Part shown: positions 7,084 through 15,873 of the stretch, one piece after another
How the letters are laid out: each line of letters starts with the position of its first letter
Numbering within the stretch: position 1 is the first letter of the stretch
Source: Fimbriimonadia bacterium
GTDB lineage: Bacteria > Armatimonadota > Fimbriimonadia > Fimbriimonadales > JABRVX01
Reading direction: 5' to 3'
Length of the DNA stretch: 30,317 nt
Assembly (NCBI GenBank): GCA_041483895.1
Contig: JBGPGO010000028.1
Location: forward strand, 1-30,317
Notes under the pieces: generated by a model
Seen by the model: only the letters and a program-made list of their open reading frames with translations
Told to the model about the DNA's origin: nothing
The model's database searches: none
Position numbers and translations under genes: made by a program

Positions 7084-9090
7084 TTAGTCGACGGACTTCA
7101 GCCCACAACCATGGAGATATTCATATACGGAGTCCAATTCAGTGGGACTTCTCGTCGCGTCTAGCAGATCGCCTTCGGGAACGCAGATCATCATTGCCTT
7201 TCTGTATCTGGTCATGAGCACACGGTACCGGTTCAAGCCCTCGCGGATGGCTTGTTCGCGTCCGGGCGGATCAAATAGATGGTTAGTCGTCGTTCCCACT
7301 TCAATCCACTTCGCTCCTGAAAACTTCCGAACCATCAGCCCTCTATGGTCGTAAACCAAGTCGCCTCCCCAAATTAGCCCAACGAAATCGATTTCTAGAC
7401 CCTGAACCTCAAATTCGCTTAGAGCAACTTCGAGCTGGTTGGACGATCGAACATCGCCTTCCGGCTCAAGAAACCACTTAACATAATCGATGCCTCGCAT
7501 GAAAGAGAATGCCGGTGTTTCGACACCTATTGCGCGAAGTCGTTCGGCTGCACTGCTAGCGACAAGGCCAGTACGTCGTGAGCCTAATTGGTTTTTCCTC
7601 AACCATTGCCTTAATGTGTCACAATTCCTACACAAGTGTATCGGTAGACCCCGCGTCGCAATCTTCGCCGCTGCCACTCGATTACATTCCAGCGCCACAT
7701 TGACCCACTCAGCACTCGCCTCAGAATCAATGCTTCGAAGGCTAACATTCAAGTGGAGGTCCTGTCGAATTACCACACGAGGCGTTTTTTGAAGATTTCG
7801 CGGAAACAGACGAGTACCCGCGACGGCAGGTCCTCCATCCATTGCGGCCGGGGACGCCCATACTCTCCAATTGGGGAATTTCGAAATAGCTCGTCCCCAT
7901 TCCTCAAGCCCCGCTTCACCTTCATGGATCTCTTGCCCTCCGCCAACAAGTGCTACAACAACGGCCCAGCCATCAAGGCGATCCATGATTTCCAGGATCA
8001 TCGATGGCTCGCTGATGTTCCGGCCGAATTTTCGTATATTTCTCTCGCGCGACCAAGCCCGTTGAGCCTCATCAAACACGATCATTCGAGCGACTGGAGC
8101 ACCACCTAATTCATAGGTGTCTTGGACGAAACGATGCATCTCTTGAATGAGAACCTCTAACTTCGCCTTGGTAACCTTTTCACCACGCTCTTTGCGATTC
8201 CGATAGAGAGCTTCTCTGAGAACGTTCACTAGCGGTTTATTCCCGGATAGATAGACGGCTTGCTCCGTTTCGAGCTTGAGGTTGGAAACCACTTCCGCCA
8301 CGCCATTAAGTCCAGTCAGCGTTTTGCCAGCACCAGGGACACCGGTCAGGACGCAAAGTAGCTTTGATCTGCTCTCTTGAGCGGTAGCTACGGCATCGAT
8401 CAGCACTCGCTTTGAACGTTCCAAACTCCCAGGATCCGACCTTGATATGGCAATATTCGCTACAGAATGGCCGTTGAACGCTGCGACTGCAGCTTCAACT
8501 ACAAGGGGGACGGGAAAATATCGACCTTTGGCCCAAATCAATTCGTTGATAGGACGGTTGGTTGCTGGTAGTTTGAAAATAGACACTAAGGCATTAGACA
8601 AATCATTCGGAGAAATGGCCGCCCCACTTTTTCCAATCGATCCATTAAGGCGCGTACCGAATTCGCCAAGTGCAATCGGAAATATCTGCACATCCCGGCA
8701 ATGCTCATGGAAATCGGCGAGGTCGAGCGCGTAATCCTGTGCCTGACGAAGGGCTGCAACCGCAGACGTCGAGCGACCTTGCTTGTATTCAATGACAACC
8801 ACCTTATCACTGTAGAGAATGACTGCATCGAGTCGTCTCCTGATGACAGGTATCGTGTACTCGAATAAGATAACAGCCTGTGCGGCCTCTGGGCAAAAAG
8901 CAATCGCTTCCTTAATGCCGCGTTGAAGAACTGAAATTTGGCTCTTCCAGGATTCCACTTGAAGCGCACTCACGCTTTCAAATCCCATTTGTACTAGGCC
9001 GTTAGTTAATTCACCTATGAGATCGGACGCCTGACACATAACAAATGCGTTGAGACGCCGGTGGACAAGAGCAAATCTATTAGTCCCCAT
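7084..9090 (-). CDS. DUF2075 (Schlafen group-3-like) SF1 helicase with a putative N-terminal PD-(D/E)XK nuclease domain
   Basis: FEYTIP...RLDAVIL...VVIEYK; Walker A GVPGAGKT; Walker B IVFDEAQRAW; EFEVQGLEIDFVGLIWGGDL; NRYRVLMTR. Confidence 0.87.
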   Translation of the reverse strand: MGTNRFALVHRRLNAFVMCQASDLIGELTNGLVQMGFESVSALQVESWKSQISVLQRGIKEAIAFCPEAAQAVILFEYTIPVIRRRLDAVILYSDKVVVIEYKQGRSTSAVAALRQAQDYALDLADFHEHCRDVQIFPIALGEFGTRLNGSIGKSGAAISPNDLSNALVSIFKLPATNRPINELIWAKGRYFPVPLVVEAAVAAFNGHSVANIAISRSDPGSLERSKRVLIDAVATAQESRSKLLCVLTGVPGAGKTLTGLNGVAEVVSNLKLETEQAVYLSGNKPLVNVLREALYRNRKERGEKVTKAKLEVLIQEMHRFVQDTYELGGAPVARMIVFDEAQRAWSRERNIRKFGRNISEPSMILEIMDRLDGWAVVVALVGGGQEIHEGEAGLEEWGRAISKFPNWRVWASPAAMDGGPAVAGTRLFPRNLQKTPRVVIRQDLHLNVSLRSIDSEASAEWVNVALECNRVAAAKIATRGLPIHLCRNCDTLRQWLRKNQLGSRRTGLVASSAAERLRAIGVETPAFSFMRGIDYVKWFLEPEGDVRSSNQLEVALSEFEVQGLEIDFVGLIWGGDLVYDHRGLMVRKFSGAKWIEVGTTTNHLFDPPGREQAIREGLNRYRVLMTRYRKAMMICVPEGDLLDATRSPTELDSVYEYLHGCGLKSVD

Positions 9091-9187
9091 CCTGCGCTAT
9101 TGTACCAAATTTGTCGACGTTAGAGGTACAAGGGTCAGCTGCACACGAAACCGCGGCATCAAAACGTGGCTTCGAATAAATTAAACT

Positions 9188-9263
9188 TGGTGGAGCCAAG
9201 GGGACTCGAACCCCTGGCCTCTTCCATGCCATGGAAGCGCTCTCCCAACTGAGCTATGGCCCC
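9188..9263 (-). tRNA. tRNA-Ala(GGC)
   Basis: GGGGCCATAGCTCAGTTGGGAGAGCGCTTCCATGGCATGGAAGAGGCCAGGGGTTCGAGTCCCCTTGGCTCCACCA; 76 nt cloverleaf, G3:U70, encoded CCA. Confidence 0.97.
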
Positions 9264-9275
9264 ACGAGGAAAACA

Positions 9276-9304
9276 ATTATAACCTATTCCCTATTCTCGG
9301 TCAA
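9276..9304 (-). promoter_or_regulatory. Sigma70 promoter of tRNA-Ala
   Basis: TTGACC-17 nt-TATAAT, ending 12 nt before the tRNA 5' end. Confidence 0.8.
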
Positions 9305-9740
9305 GGCGGTCCCGCAACCCCCGCTCCTGAACCTCGGACCAATAGCCGCACTCCAGCCGGAAGAAAACAGAAGTGTAAGCCACCAACTGCTTCGTCTTGA
9401 GCACGAGAACCCGGTACAACTTTGCCGCCTCGTTCATCTCCCGGATGATCTCATCATGCGGGCGCTCCTCGATGGAGAACGACGCCAATGCTTTCCAAAC
9501 TTCTTCTCCGCCAGAAACTGAACGCAGTTCCCGATCGACAAATACCGTAGGTCGCACGTGCGGCGATTTGCCAACCGAATCCATCACGATGCTCAATACC
9601 GCCCGATGCTCCTCATCCGTCCAAATCGTCTCGATCCACTCCGCGCTCTGCCACGGATAGGCCGCGTCGGCGACCACGATCCAGTTGCGATGCCCCATCA
9701 GCGGCAGCGCCTCCCGCAGCCGGACCCGCCAGTCGCTCAT
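9291..9740 (-). CDS. RbsD/FucU-like domain protein
   Basis: LPLMGHRNWIVVADAAYP...VLVLKT...YTSVFFRLECGYW; ATG 9740 overlaps the upstream stop (ATGA). Confidence 0.7.
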   Translation of the reverse strand: MSDWRVRLREALPLMGHRNWIVVADAAYPWQSAEWIETIWTDEEHRAVLSIVMDSVGKSPHVRPTVFVDRELRSVSGGEEVWKALASFSIEERPHDEIIREMNEAAKLYRVLVLKTKQLVAYTSVFFRLECGYWSEVQERGLRDRLDRE

Positions 9741-10408
9741 GACAGCGTCCGGTCCAGAAGCTGCTTCCTCTCTCGCCAATCCGGCAATATCGAAGCGAAC
9801 AGTTGGTAAAAGGCCGGCGAATGGTTCGGCACTTTCAGGTGGCAGAGCTCGTGAAAGATCACCGCGTCCAGGCACTGCACTGGACCTCGAATCAGCTCCG
9901 TGTTCAGCGTCACTTTTCCATCAACATGGCAGCTTCCCCACCGCTGCTTCAAACGCTTCAAGACCAGTTTTGGATACTCGACATCCGCCCAACCGACTCG
10001 CTCAAAGCAGAGCGCGAGCCGTTCCGGAAACAGCTCGTTTGCGCGTTCGGAATACCATCCATACATCATGGTTTCCACGTGGTCGGGTGTGGCCGGTTCC
10101 GTGGTCGCGACAATCAGATCCTTCCCGGCGAGCTCGACGGCTTTCCATAACGCGGTATCGAGCCTCAGACGATACTGGGCGCCCAGATACAGGTGCATCT
10201 CGCCATGCGTGAATTGCCTAGGAGCGGGAGGGGGATTGCGCCGGTAATGCTGCAGCTTCGCCTGAATCCACCGGCGCTTCTCATTCACAAATTCTTGAAT
10301 GTCCGACTTCCGCACCCAACGCGGCGCGCGCACGATGACGCGAAGGTCCGGGTTGACGATGATTGCAATCGTCTTGCGGCGCGAATACTCGATCGTATAA
10401 TCCGTCAA
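9737..10408 (-). CDS. YgjP/DUF45 (SprT-like) zinc metallo-hydrolase
   Basis: SRRKTIAI...VRAP, KQRWGSC, AVIFHELCHL..PNHSPAFY. Confidence 0.9.
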   Translation of the reverse strand: MTDYTIEYSRRKTIAIIVNPDLRVIVRAPRWVRKSDIQEFVNEKRRWIQAKLQHYRRNPPPAPRQFTHGEMHLYLGAQYRLRLDTALWKAVELAGKDLIVATTEPATPDHVETMMYGWYSERANELFPERLALCFERVGWADVEYPKLVLKRLKQRWGSCHVDGKVTLNTELIRGPVQCLDAVIFHELCHLKVPNHSPAFYQLFASILPDWRERKQLLDRTLS

Positions 10409-10427
10409 CCCTTCGCCCTCCTAAGCC

Positions 10428-11768
10428 CTATCTGCTCGGCCCACTTGAAAAGAACCCAATGAACATGGCGTTCAAATCATAAATACCGATGTTTCCGTCC
10501 GCATCCGCGTCATAGCTTACGACGTAGTCTGCCCAATTCGGCGGACAGGCGCCGAAAATTGTCGAAGTATAGGACAAGAAAATCCGGTTTATGTCTCCAA
10601 CATCGATCTGAGAATTTAGATTCGCGTCCCCGCCGATCAGTGTGAGCGTCCCGATATCGGTGGTGCCGCCGGAAAGCGTTACACCGTTCTTTTGGACCGG
10701 TATGAAGCCGTGCCCCATCGCAGTATACACGGGCTGGGTGTAGGTTGTCGTACCGTCGGTGCAATCGAATCGGCCGATATACCAATGGCGCGGGTATACG
10801 ATGACGTTGTATGTGCCGTTCTCCAGCGACCGCGTCGTAAACCGGCCGGCGCTATCCACGTTGACTGTTTCAATCATCACCGGAGTGCCATTTGCCGGAT
10901 CGACGAAGTATATGTCGAAGGCCTGCAATCGGGTCTGGTCATCCTGAAAGTAGAACTGCGGAACATCTCCTTGCCAGCCCTGCACATTGATAGTCCCCTT
11001 GACGACGGTGGCATTGTCGCCGGAACGGTCGACAATGCAGTAGGCGATGTGGTACAGGTCCCTGCCCTGCTGCTCATTCTCAGTCCAACCGCTGTAGTTG
11101 TATGGCGCCGAAGAGCCCATTGCGTCATATCCTGCGCGGAGGTCAGCTTCCCAGCCCGGCAACACAAAAGACTTGGTCTCGAATGACGTGTACGCCGACC
11201 CGATGCCGGTCTTGCGCCAAGCGTTGTTTCCGCTGCTGCCCCCCGGCGCCCCCACAAACTGCGAAATGTTGCCGTCCACACCATACACCGCGGCCCAATA
11301 GTTCCCCGGAGCTAGGTCCAGGGGCGGAAGGACCGGAACGGTAGCCACCTTGTCCACGATAAAGGTGTTCGCGCATGTTTTGCTGGAGGAACTCGCGACG
11401 AGCAGCGCATATACGCCGACACCCGTCGTCAACACCGAGCCTGGCTTGTTGCCATTGTCCGAATAGATGATGTAGCCGTAGGTCGTCGGGATCGAACCGG
11501 CTTTCTCGAGGAAATTGATCTCGATACCATCCATCGATATCGCTTGGGAGATATGAAATCGAAACGCCGACCAACGCTCCTCCTTCCCTAGCCCCAGATT
11601 GCCCGAATCCATGGTTACGCGCAAAAGGCTTGGGTTTTTCGGGTCTGGAGGACCCGAGCGCGCGTCCAGCGCCCAGGTTGGCGCGCCGGAACTCGCGATG
11701 ATCGTGGCAACCTGGGCACAAATCACCACCGGCAACAATAACAGGCAGATTGAAATAACTCGGAGCAT
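10428..11768 (-). CDS. Secreted hypothetical protein with C-terminal Ig-like plus dockerin/EF-hand-like module
   Basis: Signal peptide; GGDANLNSQIDVGDI and DADADGNIGIYDL Ca-binding-like repeats. Confidence 0.75.
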   Translation of the reverse strand: MLRVISICLLLLPVVICAQVATIIASSGAPTWALDARSGPPDPKNPSLLRVTMDSGNLGLGKEERWSAFRFHISQAISMDGIEINFLEKAGSIPTTYGYIIYSDNGNKPGSVLTTGVGVYALLVASSSSKTCANTFIVDKVATVPVLPPLDLAPGNYWAAVYGVDGNISQFVGAPGGSSGNNAWRKTGIGSAYTSFETKSFVLPGWEADLRAGYDAMGSSAPYNYSGWTENEQQGRDLYHIAYCIVDRSGDNATVVKGTINVQGWQGDVPQFYFQDDQTRLQAFDIYFVDPANGTPVMIETVNVDSAGRFTTRSLENGTYNVIVYPRHWYIGRFDCTDGTTTYTQPVYTAMGHGFIPVQKNGVTLSGGTTDIGTLTLIGGDANLNSQIDVGDINRIFLSYTSTIFGACPPNWADYVVSYDADADGNIGIYDLNAMFIGFFSSGPSR

Positions 11769-11818
11769 GTTTGATGTATGCGATTCAACAAGGATTCTCG
11801 GCTATGAATTCCCGTCTA

Positions 11819-14500
11819 TTATAACGACAGTTTCGCGGGATCGCCGGGCACCGGCTCCAATGCCGGTCTCCCAACCAGGGCTTCTCCAGGCAAATTGCCC
11901 GTCACAGGCGGCAGCGTAATGACATTGGTACCCATCGCTGTTCGGAACATCTCCACCGTCTCCTTGCGGCAAGCCATTAGCAATATCTGGTGTGATTGGG
12001 ATATTTCACTCACCGCATCCACGCATTGGGCCGCCCGATGGTCATCGAAATTGACCAGGATATCGTCCATGATGACCGGGAGGGCCTCCTGGGTGGCCGC
12101 CAGCTCTACCAAATACGCGAATCGAATGGCCAGAAACAGCTGCTCCCGCGTTCCCCTGCTGAGCGCGGTCGGCTCCCACCATCGATCGTCCGCGCCCCGA
12201 ACCCGGATCGTATTCTGGTCGATCGGCGCCAGTACATGAGTGTATCTTCCGTCGGTAATTTGTTGGAATATGCGTCCGGCGTGGCGGAGAACCGCCGGTT
12301 GCTTTTCTTGCTCGTATGTCTTTCGCGTCTCATCAAGCAGGTCCAACGCCAATACAATTGCCGCCCACTCCAATCCGGCCCCCCGCAATCGATCCAAGGC
12401 GTCCTGCTCTTTCGATCGAACCTCCGCCAACGATCCCATCTGTTCGATGTCGGCGATGCGCCTGCGTATCTCCCCAAGCTCACCTTGAATCGCATCATGT
12501 CGGTTTTGGAGATTGTCTATGTCTCGCCGCAATTCCTCACAGTGGGATCCCAGAACGAATTCATCGGTTCCAGCAAGGGATTCGATTGCGGCGTCATCCG
12601 GATGCATGAGGTGTCCGATGATTTGGTTCCAAAACGCCTTGGCCTTGTCCTCGATCTCTTTCCGCTTCCGTTGCTGCTCGTCCAACTGCCGAAGCTGATC
12701 GACATCTTTCGCCCCCGCTTGCGAAAGAATTTCGCCGATTCTTTGAAGGCAATTCTGTAGTTGGTCTTTCGTCGCACCGATATCGGCAGCGAATTTTGCC
12801 GCCGGCTCAACCGCCTCATGGTAGGATTGCAGCCGATTCCGAAATTCCAAAAGCGCCGCATTGCGATCTTTTGGGATCGGAACGTCCATTCTTTCAGCCA
12901 AGGAACGCAAATCCGATGAGAATCCCTCAATTGCCCGGTGCAGGCGATTTTGCTCCTCGACCAGTTCCTTCCGTTCCCTTTTCTGCCGTTCAGCTTCCTC
13001 GCTGACCCGCGCCAAATCCTCAAGTTCATCCCCAAAACGGTCGGCATCAAGGATGGTGGGATCGGGGGCGATTCCGAGGCGCGCCGCAATCATGTTAACC
13101 TCCTCACGAATCCGATCCGCTTCAGCGGCTTTCCTAACGAGGTCACTGTGGGCTTCGGCCACAGATACCGCCGACCCCCCAGCGCGCAGGACGGCGCCCA
13201 ACCCTGCCGCAACCACCCCGATTGCAAGCATTACCGCCGCGTTCATCATCTGCCCCAGCAACAGAAACAGGATTCCCATCGCTGCGACCAAAGCCACGCC
13301 AACGAAAATCGGCCAGGGTTTTCCCCGGGCCTGGTTGACCAACTCGAGTTTGTCCTCTGCCCGAGTGCGGTCGGCCTGTGTTGTGTCTCTTTGATGGATG
13401 TTGGTCCGCAACTCACGCAGCAGAGTCCGTTTTTCGTTGATTGCCGCCACATCAGCGTCGGCTTGGTCCGGATCCGATGATGGTAACCTGCTCAGCTTGT
13501 CTTCGATGTCTTGCAATCGTTGGTCCTGTTGTTCCGCCAAGTGGTTCCGTTTGATGATGTCATCGATTTCGGCAGCGAGCGGTCGAATGACGAGGTCCGG
13601 CGCCAGTCTTCGGAGCGCTTCTTCATAACTCAATATCTTCGCGGAAAGCCCGCCTTCCTCCGATTGCAGTCGCTCAAATTCGTCCAGACTATTCACAGCG
13701 AATCCTTCGATTATTGGCAAGCATTCCAGCTCACGGAGTGCTTCCCGGTATTGGCGGCAAGTCGGGATGGCTTCAAGATCACCTTGCATCCTGTGGAGTC
13801 CCCGGCTCTTTGTTTGGGCATCTTCACGGTTTGCCTTTTGCTCCGATTCCAACGTCTCGCGGTCGCCGATCAGATCGTCATATTCCTGTTTCGCCTGGGC
13901 AATGGTTCTCAGCCGATCTCGGATATCGCCCAACTCGCCGAGAATTTGCTGAAATCTGCGGCTCCCCTTGCGGCCACGCTCGGAAAAGATTTCGTCCGCC
14001 GCCGACGTTAAGACTTTCCGGCACTCCTCAATATTGGCGCCCCCCAGTCCGGCCATCGCGCTGAAGAGCATCCGTGAAACCTGACCTTCTAAATGAGATA
14101 GCTCGTCAAGCCCAAACGCGAACACCTTTTCATAAGTTTCGGCATCACAAAATGACAACATCCGCAAGAACCGTGCGGTCGCGTCCGAACCCGCTTCGTC
14201 CGTCACCCGAAACCCGTTTTGTTCCTCGGTACGAATGAGGTCAAGCAAGGCGCCGTCCGCCATCCGTACCATCATCCGGGCGGAAAGACCGCCGCCGGTA
14301 ACGGGCTTGCGCAGAACTTCCTTTTTTCCGCCAATAGATTCCTTAACAAGCTTTCCGAACAGAATCCAGCGGCAGCATTCCAACAGCGTCGTCTTTCCGG
14401 TCTCGTTATCGCCGGCCAGAAGTGTTACCCCCGGTTTCAGATCCAATCGAAAATCTGAAATCGAGCCGAAACTATCGATGTGAAGCCGTTCGATCCTCAT
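11819..14500 (-). CDS. YhaN-like (AAA_27) SMC/Rad50-type coiled-coil ATPase with a central transmembrane hairpin
   Basis: MRIERLHIDSFG, Walker A GDNETGKTT, signature LSRGTREQL, Walker B LPVIMDDILVNFDD; ATG 14500 overlaps the upstream stop (ATGA). Confidence 0.88.
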   Translation of the reverse strand: MRIERLHIDSFGSISDFRLDLKPGVTLLAGDNETGKTTLLECCRWILFGKLVKESIGGKKEVLRKPVTGGGLSARMMVRMADGALLDLIRTEEQNGFRVTDEAGSDATARFLRMLSFCDAETYEKVFAFGLDELSHLEGQVSRMLFSAMAGLGGANIEECRKVLTSAADEIFSERGRKGSRRFQQILGELGDIRDRLRTIAQAKQEYDDLIGDRETLESEQKANREDAQTKSRGLHRMQGDLEAIPTCRQYREALRELECLPIIEGFAVNSLDEFERLQSEEGGLSAKILSYEEALRRLAPDLVIRPLAAEIDDIIKRNHLAEQQDQRLQDIEDKLSRLPSSDPDQADADVAAINEKRTLLRELRTNIHQRDTTQADRTRAEDKLELVNQARGKPWPIFVGVALVAAMGILFLLLGQMMNAAVMLAIGVVAAGLGAVLRAGGSAVSVAEAHSDLVRKAAEADRIREEVNMIAARLGIAPDPTILDADRFGDELEDLARVSEEAERQKRERKELVEEQNRLHRAIEGFSSDLRSLAERMDVPIPKDRNAALLEFRNRLQSYHEAVEPAAKFAADIGATKDQLQNCLQRIGEILSQAGAKDVDQLRQLDEQQRKRKEIEDKAKAFWNQIIGHLMHPDDAAIESLAGTDEFVLGSHCEELRRDIDNLQNRHDAIQGELGEIRRRIADIEQMGSLAEVRSKEQDALDRLRGAGLEWAAIVLALDLLDETRKTYEQEKQPAVLRHAGRIFQQITDGRYTHVLAPIDQNTIRVRGADDRWWEPTALSRGTREQLFLAIRFAYLVELAATQEALPVIMDDILVNFDDHRAAQCVDAVSEISQSHQILLMACRKETVEMFRTAMGTNVITLPPVTGNLPGEALVGRPALEPVPGDPAKLSL

Positions 14501-15753
14501 TCGGTGGTCTCCCGGAGAAGTCGGATGCACTGTTCTTCCGCGGCCCTATATAGGTCGCCGATCTCTGATTCCGAAAGGACCGAAATGTCGCGCGCTCGGT
14601 TATAGAGCGGAGCCACCAGCTCGCGAATTCGTTCCAAACCCTCGTCGCTGCCCTGTCTGACCTCGCTCAGTTGCAGCAGCATTCCCAAGAAGGTATCCGC
14701 CTGCGCCAGCGTGTTACGATCTACCGGCAATCCGGCCTTCACTTCGAGCCGTAGAGGCCAAATCCGGGGTTCGTCGTGCCGCGTTGCTTCTCTCACTTCT
14801 TCAAGGGCGGTCTGGATGTCCGCCGGCCGTAGCAGACGGTCGCCAAGACTCCCGCTTCCGGTTGCGGAAAGCCTGCAGATGAGGTCCCTTCCACTAGCCT
14901 CGAACGCGGCGGCTCTGCACCGTCCAACGGAAGCTTCAACGAAATCGTCAAGCGTCTCCATACCATCGATCGACACACTCAATTCCGCATGACGAACAAC
15001 GTCCAGCGGCACGTGCTCCGGCGTGATAGTCCCACCGACAGCTTCCACCAAGTAGCATCCGCGTGCGCCCGACTCCTTTGCGTTGCGTCCTTGTGGATTC
15101 CCGGCATAAATCACCACAGGTTCACATTGGCATAAGACCTTATGTTTGTGAATGTGCCCGAGTGCCCAGTAGTCCGCGCGATCCAGCGAAAGGTCTCGTA
15201 AGTCGCACGGGGCGTACGGGTCGTGTTCCCGATCTCCTCCCACATTGCAATGCAGGATTCCGATCGTGAACAGATCGCCGTCCCTTTTCGGAAACTTCGC
15301 CGCAAGATTGTCCCGAATGTCGGTCTTTGCATGACTCATTCCGACGATTCGTGCCTTGTCCGTGATAATAGTCTGAGGCTCATCCGAGCGCAGGAACCTC
15401 ACGCTCTCAGGCCAGCGCAAATGCTTGAGCCATTCGCCGCTTGGATCGTGATTGCCAAACGCGACGTACGCGCCGATACCGCAGTCGCTTAGGCGTTCGA
15501 AACCTTTCTTGATGCTCAATTGGGCTGCCAGATTTGAGTAGGTTTGATCGAAGGCGTCACCGGCCAGGAGGAAAAAGTCGACCTTTTGATCCGCCGCTAA
15601 TTGAATAGCATTCTCGAAGGCTTTGAACGTGGCCGAGTAAATCCGCTCGTTCAGATCGCTTCGAGCGCGATCCACAAGCCCCAGCGGACTGTCCAAATGA
15701 AGATCGGCGGTGTGCAGAAATGAGATGCGGTCTGAGATGGCGTCCCTCAACAA
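14497..15753 (-). CDS. YhaO-like Mre11/SbcD metallophosphoesterase (start uncertain: TTG 15753 or ATC 15738)
   Basis: FLHTADLHLDSP, LAGDAFD, GNHD, ILHC, YWALGHIH, YAGNPQGR. Confidence 0.9.
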   Translation of the reverse strand: MLRDAISDRISFLHTADLHLDSPLGLVDRARSDLNERIYSATFKAFENAIQLAADQKVDFFLLAGDAFDQTYSNLAAQLSIKKGFERLSDCGIGAYVAFGNHDPSGEWLKHLRWPESVRFLRSDEPQTIITDKARIVGMSHAKTDIRDNLAAKFPKRDGDLFTIGILHCNVGGDREHDPYAPCDLRDLSLDRADYWALGHIHKHKVLCQCEPVVIYAGNPQGRNAKESGARGCYLVEAVGGTITPEHVPLDVVRHAELSVSIDGMETLDDFVEASVGRCRAAAFEASGRDLICRLSATGSGSLGDRLLRPADIQTALEEVREATRHDEPRIWPLRLEVKAGLPVDRNTLAQADTFLGMLLQLSEVRQGSDEGLERIRELVAPLYNRARDISVLSESEIGDLYRAAEEQCIRLLRETTE

Positions 15754-15755
15754 AC

Positions 15756-15829
15756 TGGAGCGGGTGAAGGGAATCGAACCCTCACGACCAGCTTGGAAGG
15801 CTGGGGCTCTACCTTTGAGCTACACCCGC
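15756..15829 (-). tRNA. tRNA-Gly(TCC)
   Basis: GCGGGTGTAGCTCAAAGGTAGAGCCCCAGCCTTCCAAGCTGGTCGTGAGGGTTCGATTCCCTTCACCCGCTCCA; 74 nt, encoded CCA. Confidence 0.97.
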
Positions 15830-15839
15830 ATCTGCTGGG

Positions 15840-15869
15840 ATACTATCCAAAAAGCCGTGAGGAATGCAA
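15840..15869 (-). promoter_or_regulatory. Putative sigma70 promoter of tRNA-Gly
   Basis: TTGCAT-18 nt-TAGTAT just upstream of the tRNA. Confidence 0.55.
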
Positions 15870-15873
15870 CCGC

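Larger units (their letters stand above)
6908..9221. mobile_element. Miniature genomic island at tRNA-Ala(GGC), no integrase
   Basis: Bounded by 38-bp direct repeats of the tRNA 3' end; visibly more AT-rich than its flanks; single cargo gene. Confidence 0.8.

Noticed and set aside
6946..9183. Integrase or prophage within the tRNA-Ala island
   Set aside because: No tyrosine or serine recombinase motifs or phage genes seen; one gene fills the interval.
9741..9875. Extended starts in the ORF track (also 3640, 14530, 19213, 20535, 25561, 29690)
   Set aside because: They overlap neighbouring genes or promoters; downstream starts give ATGA coupling, SD sites or signal peptides.
11819..15829. Genomic island integrated at tRNA-Gly
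   Set aside because: I found no duplicated tRNA-Gly 3' end downstream and no integrase; yhaO-yhaN-like pairs are commonly chromosomal.
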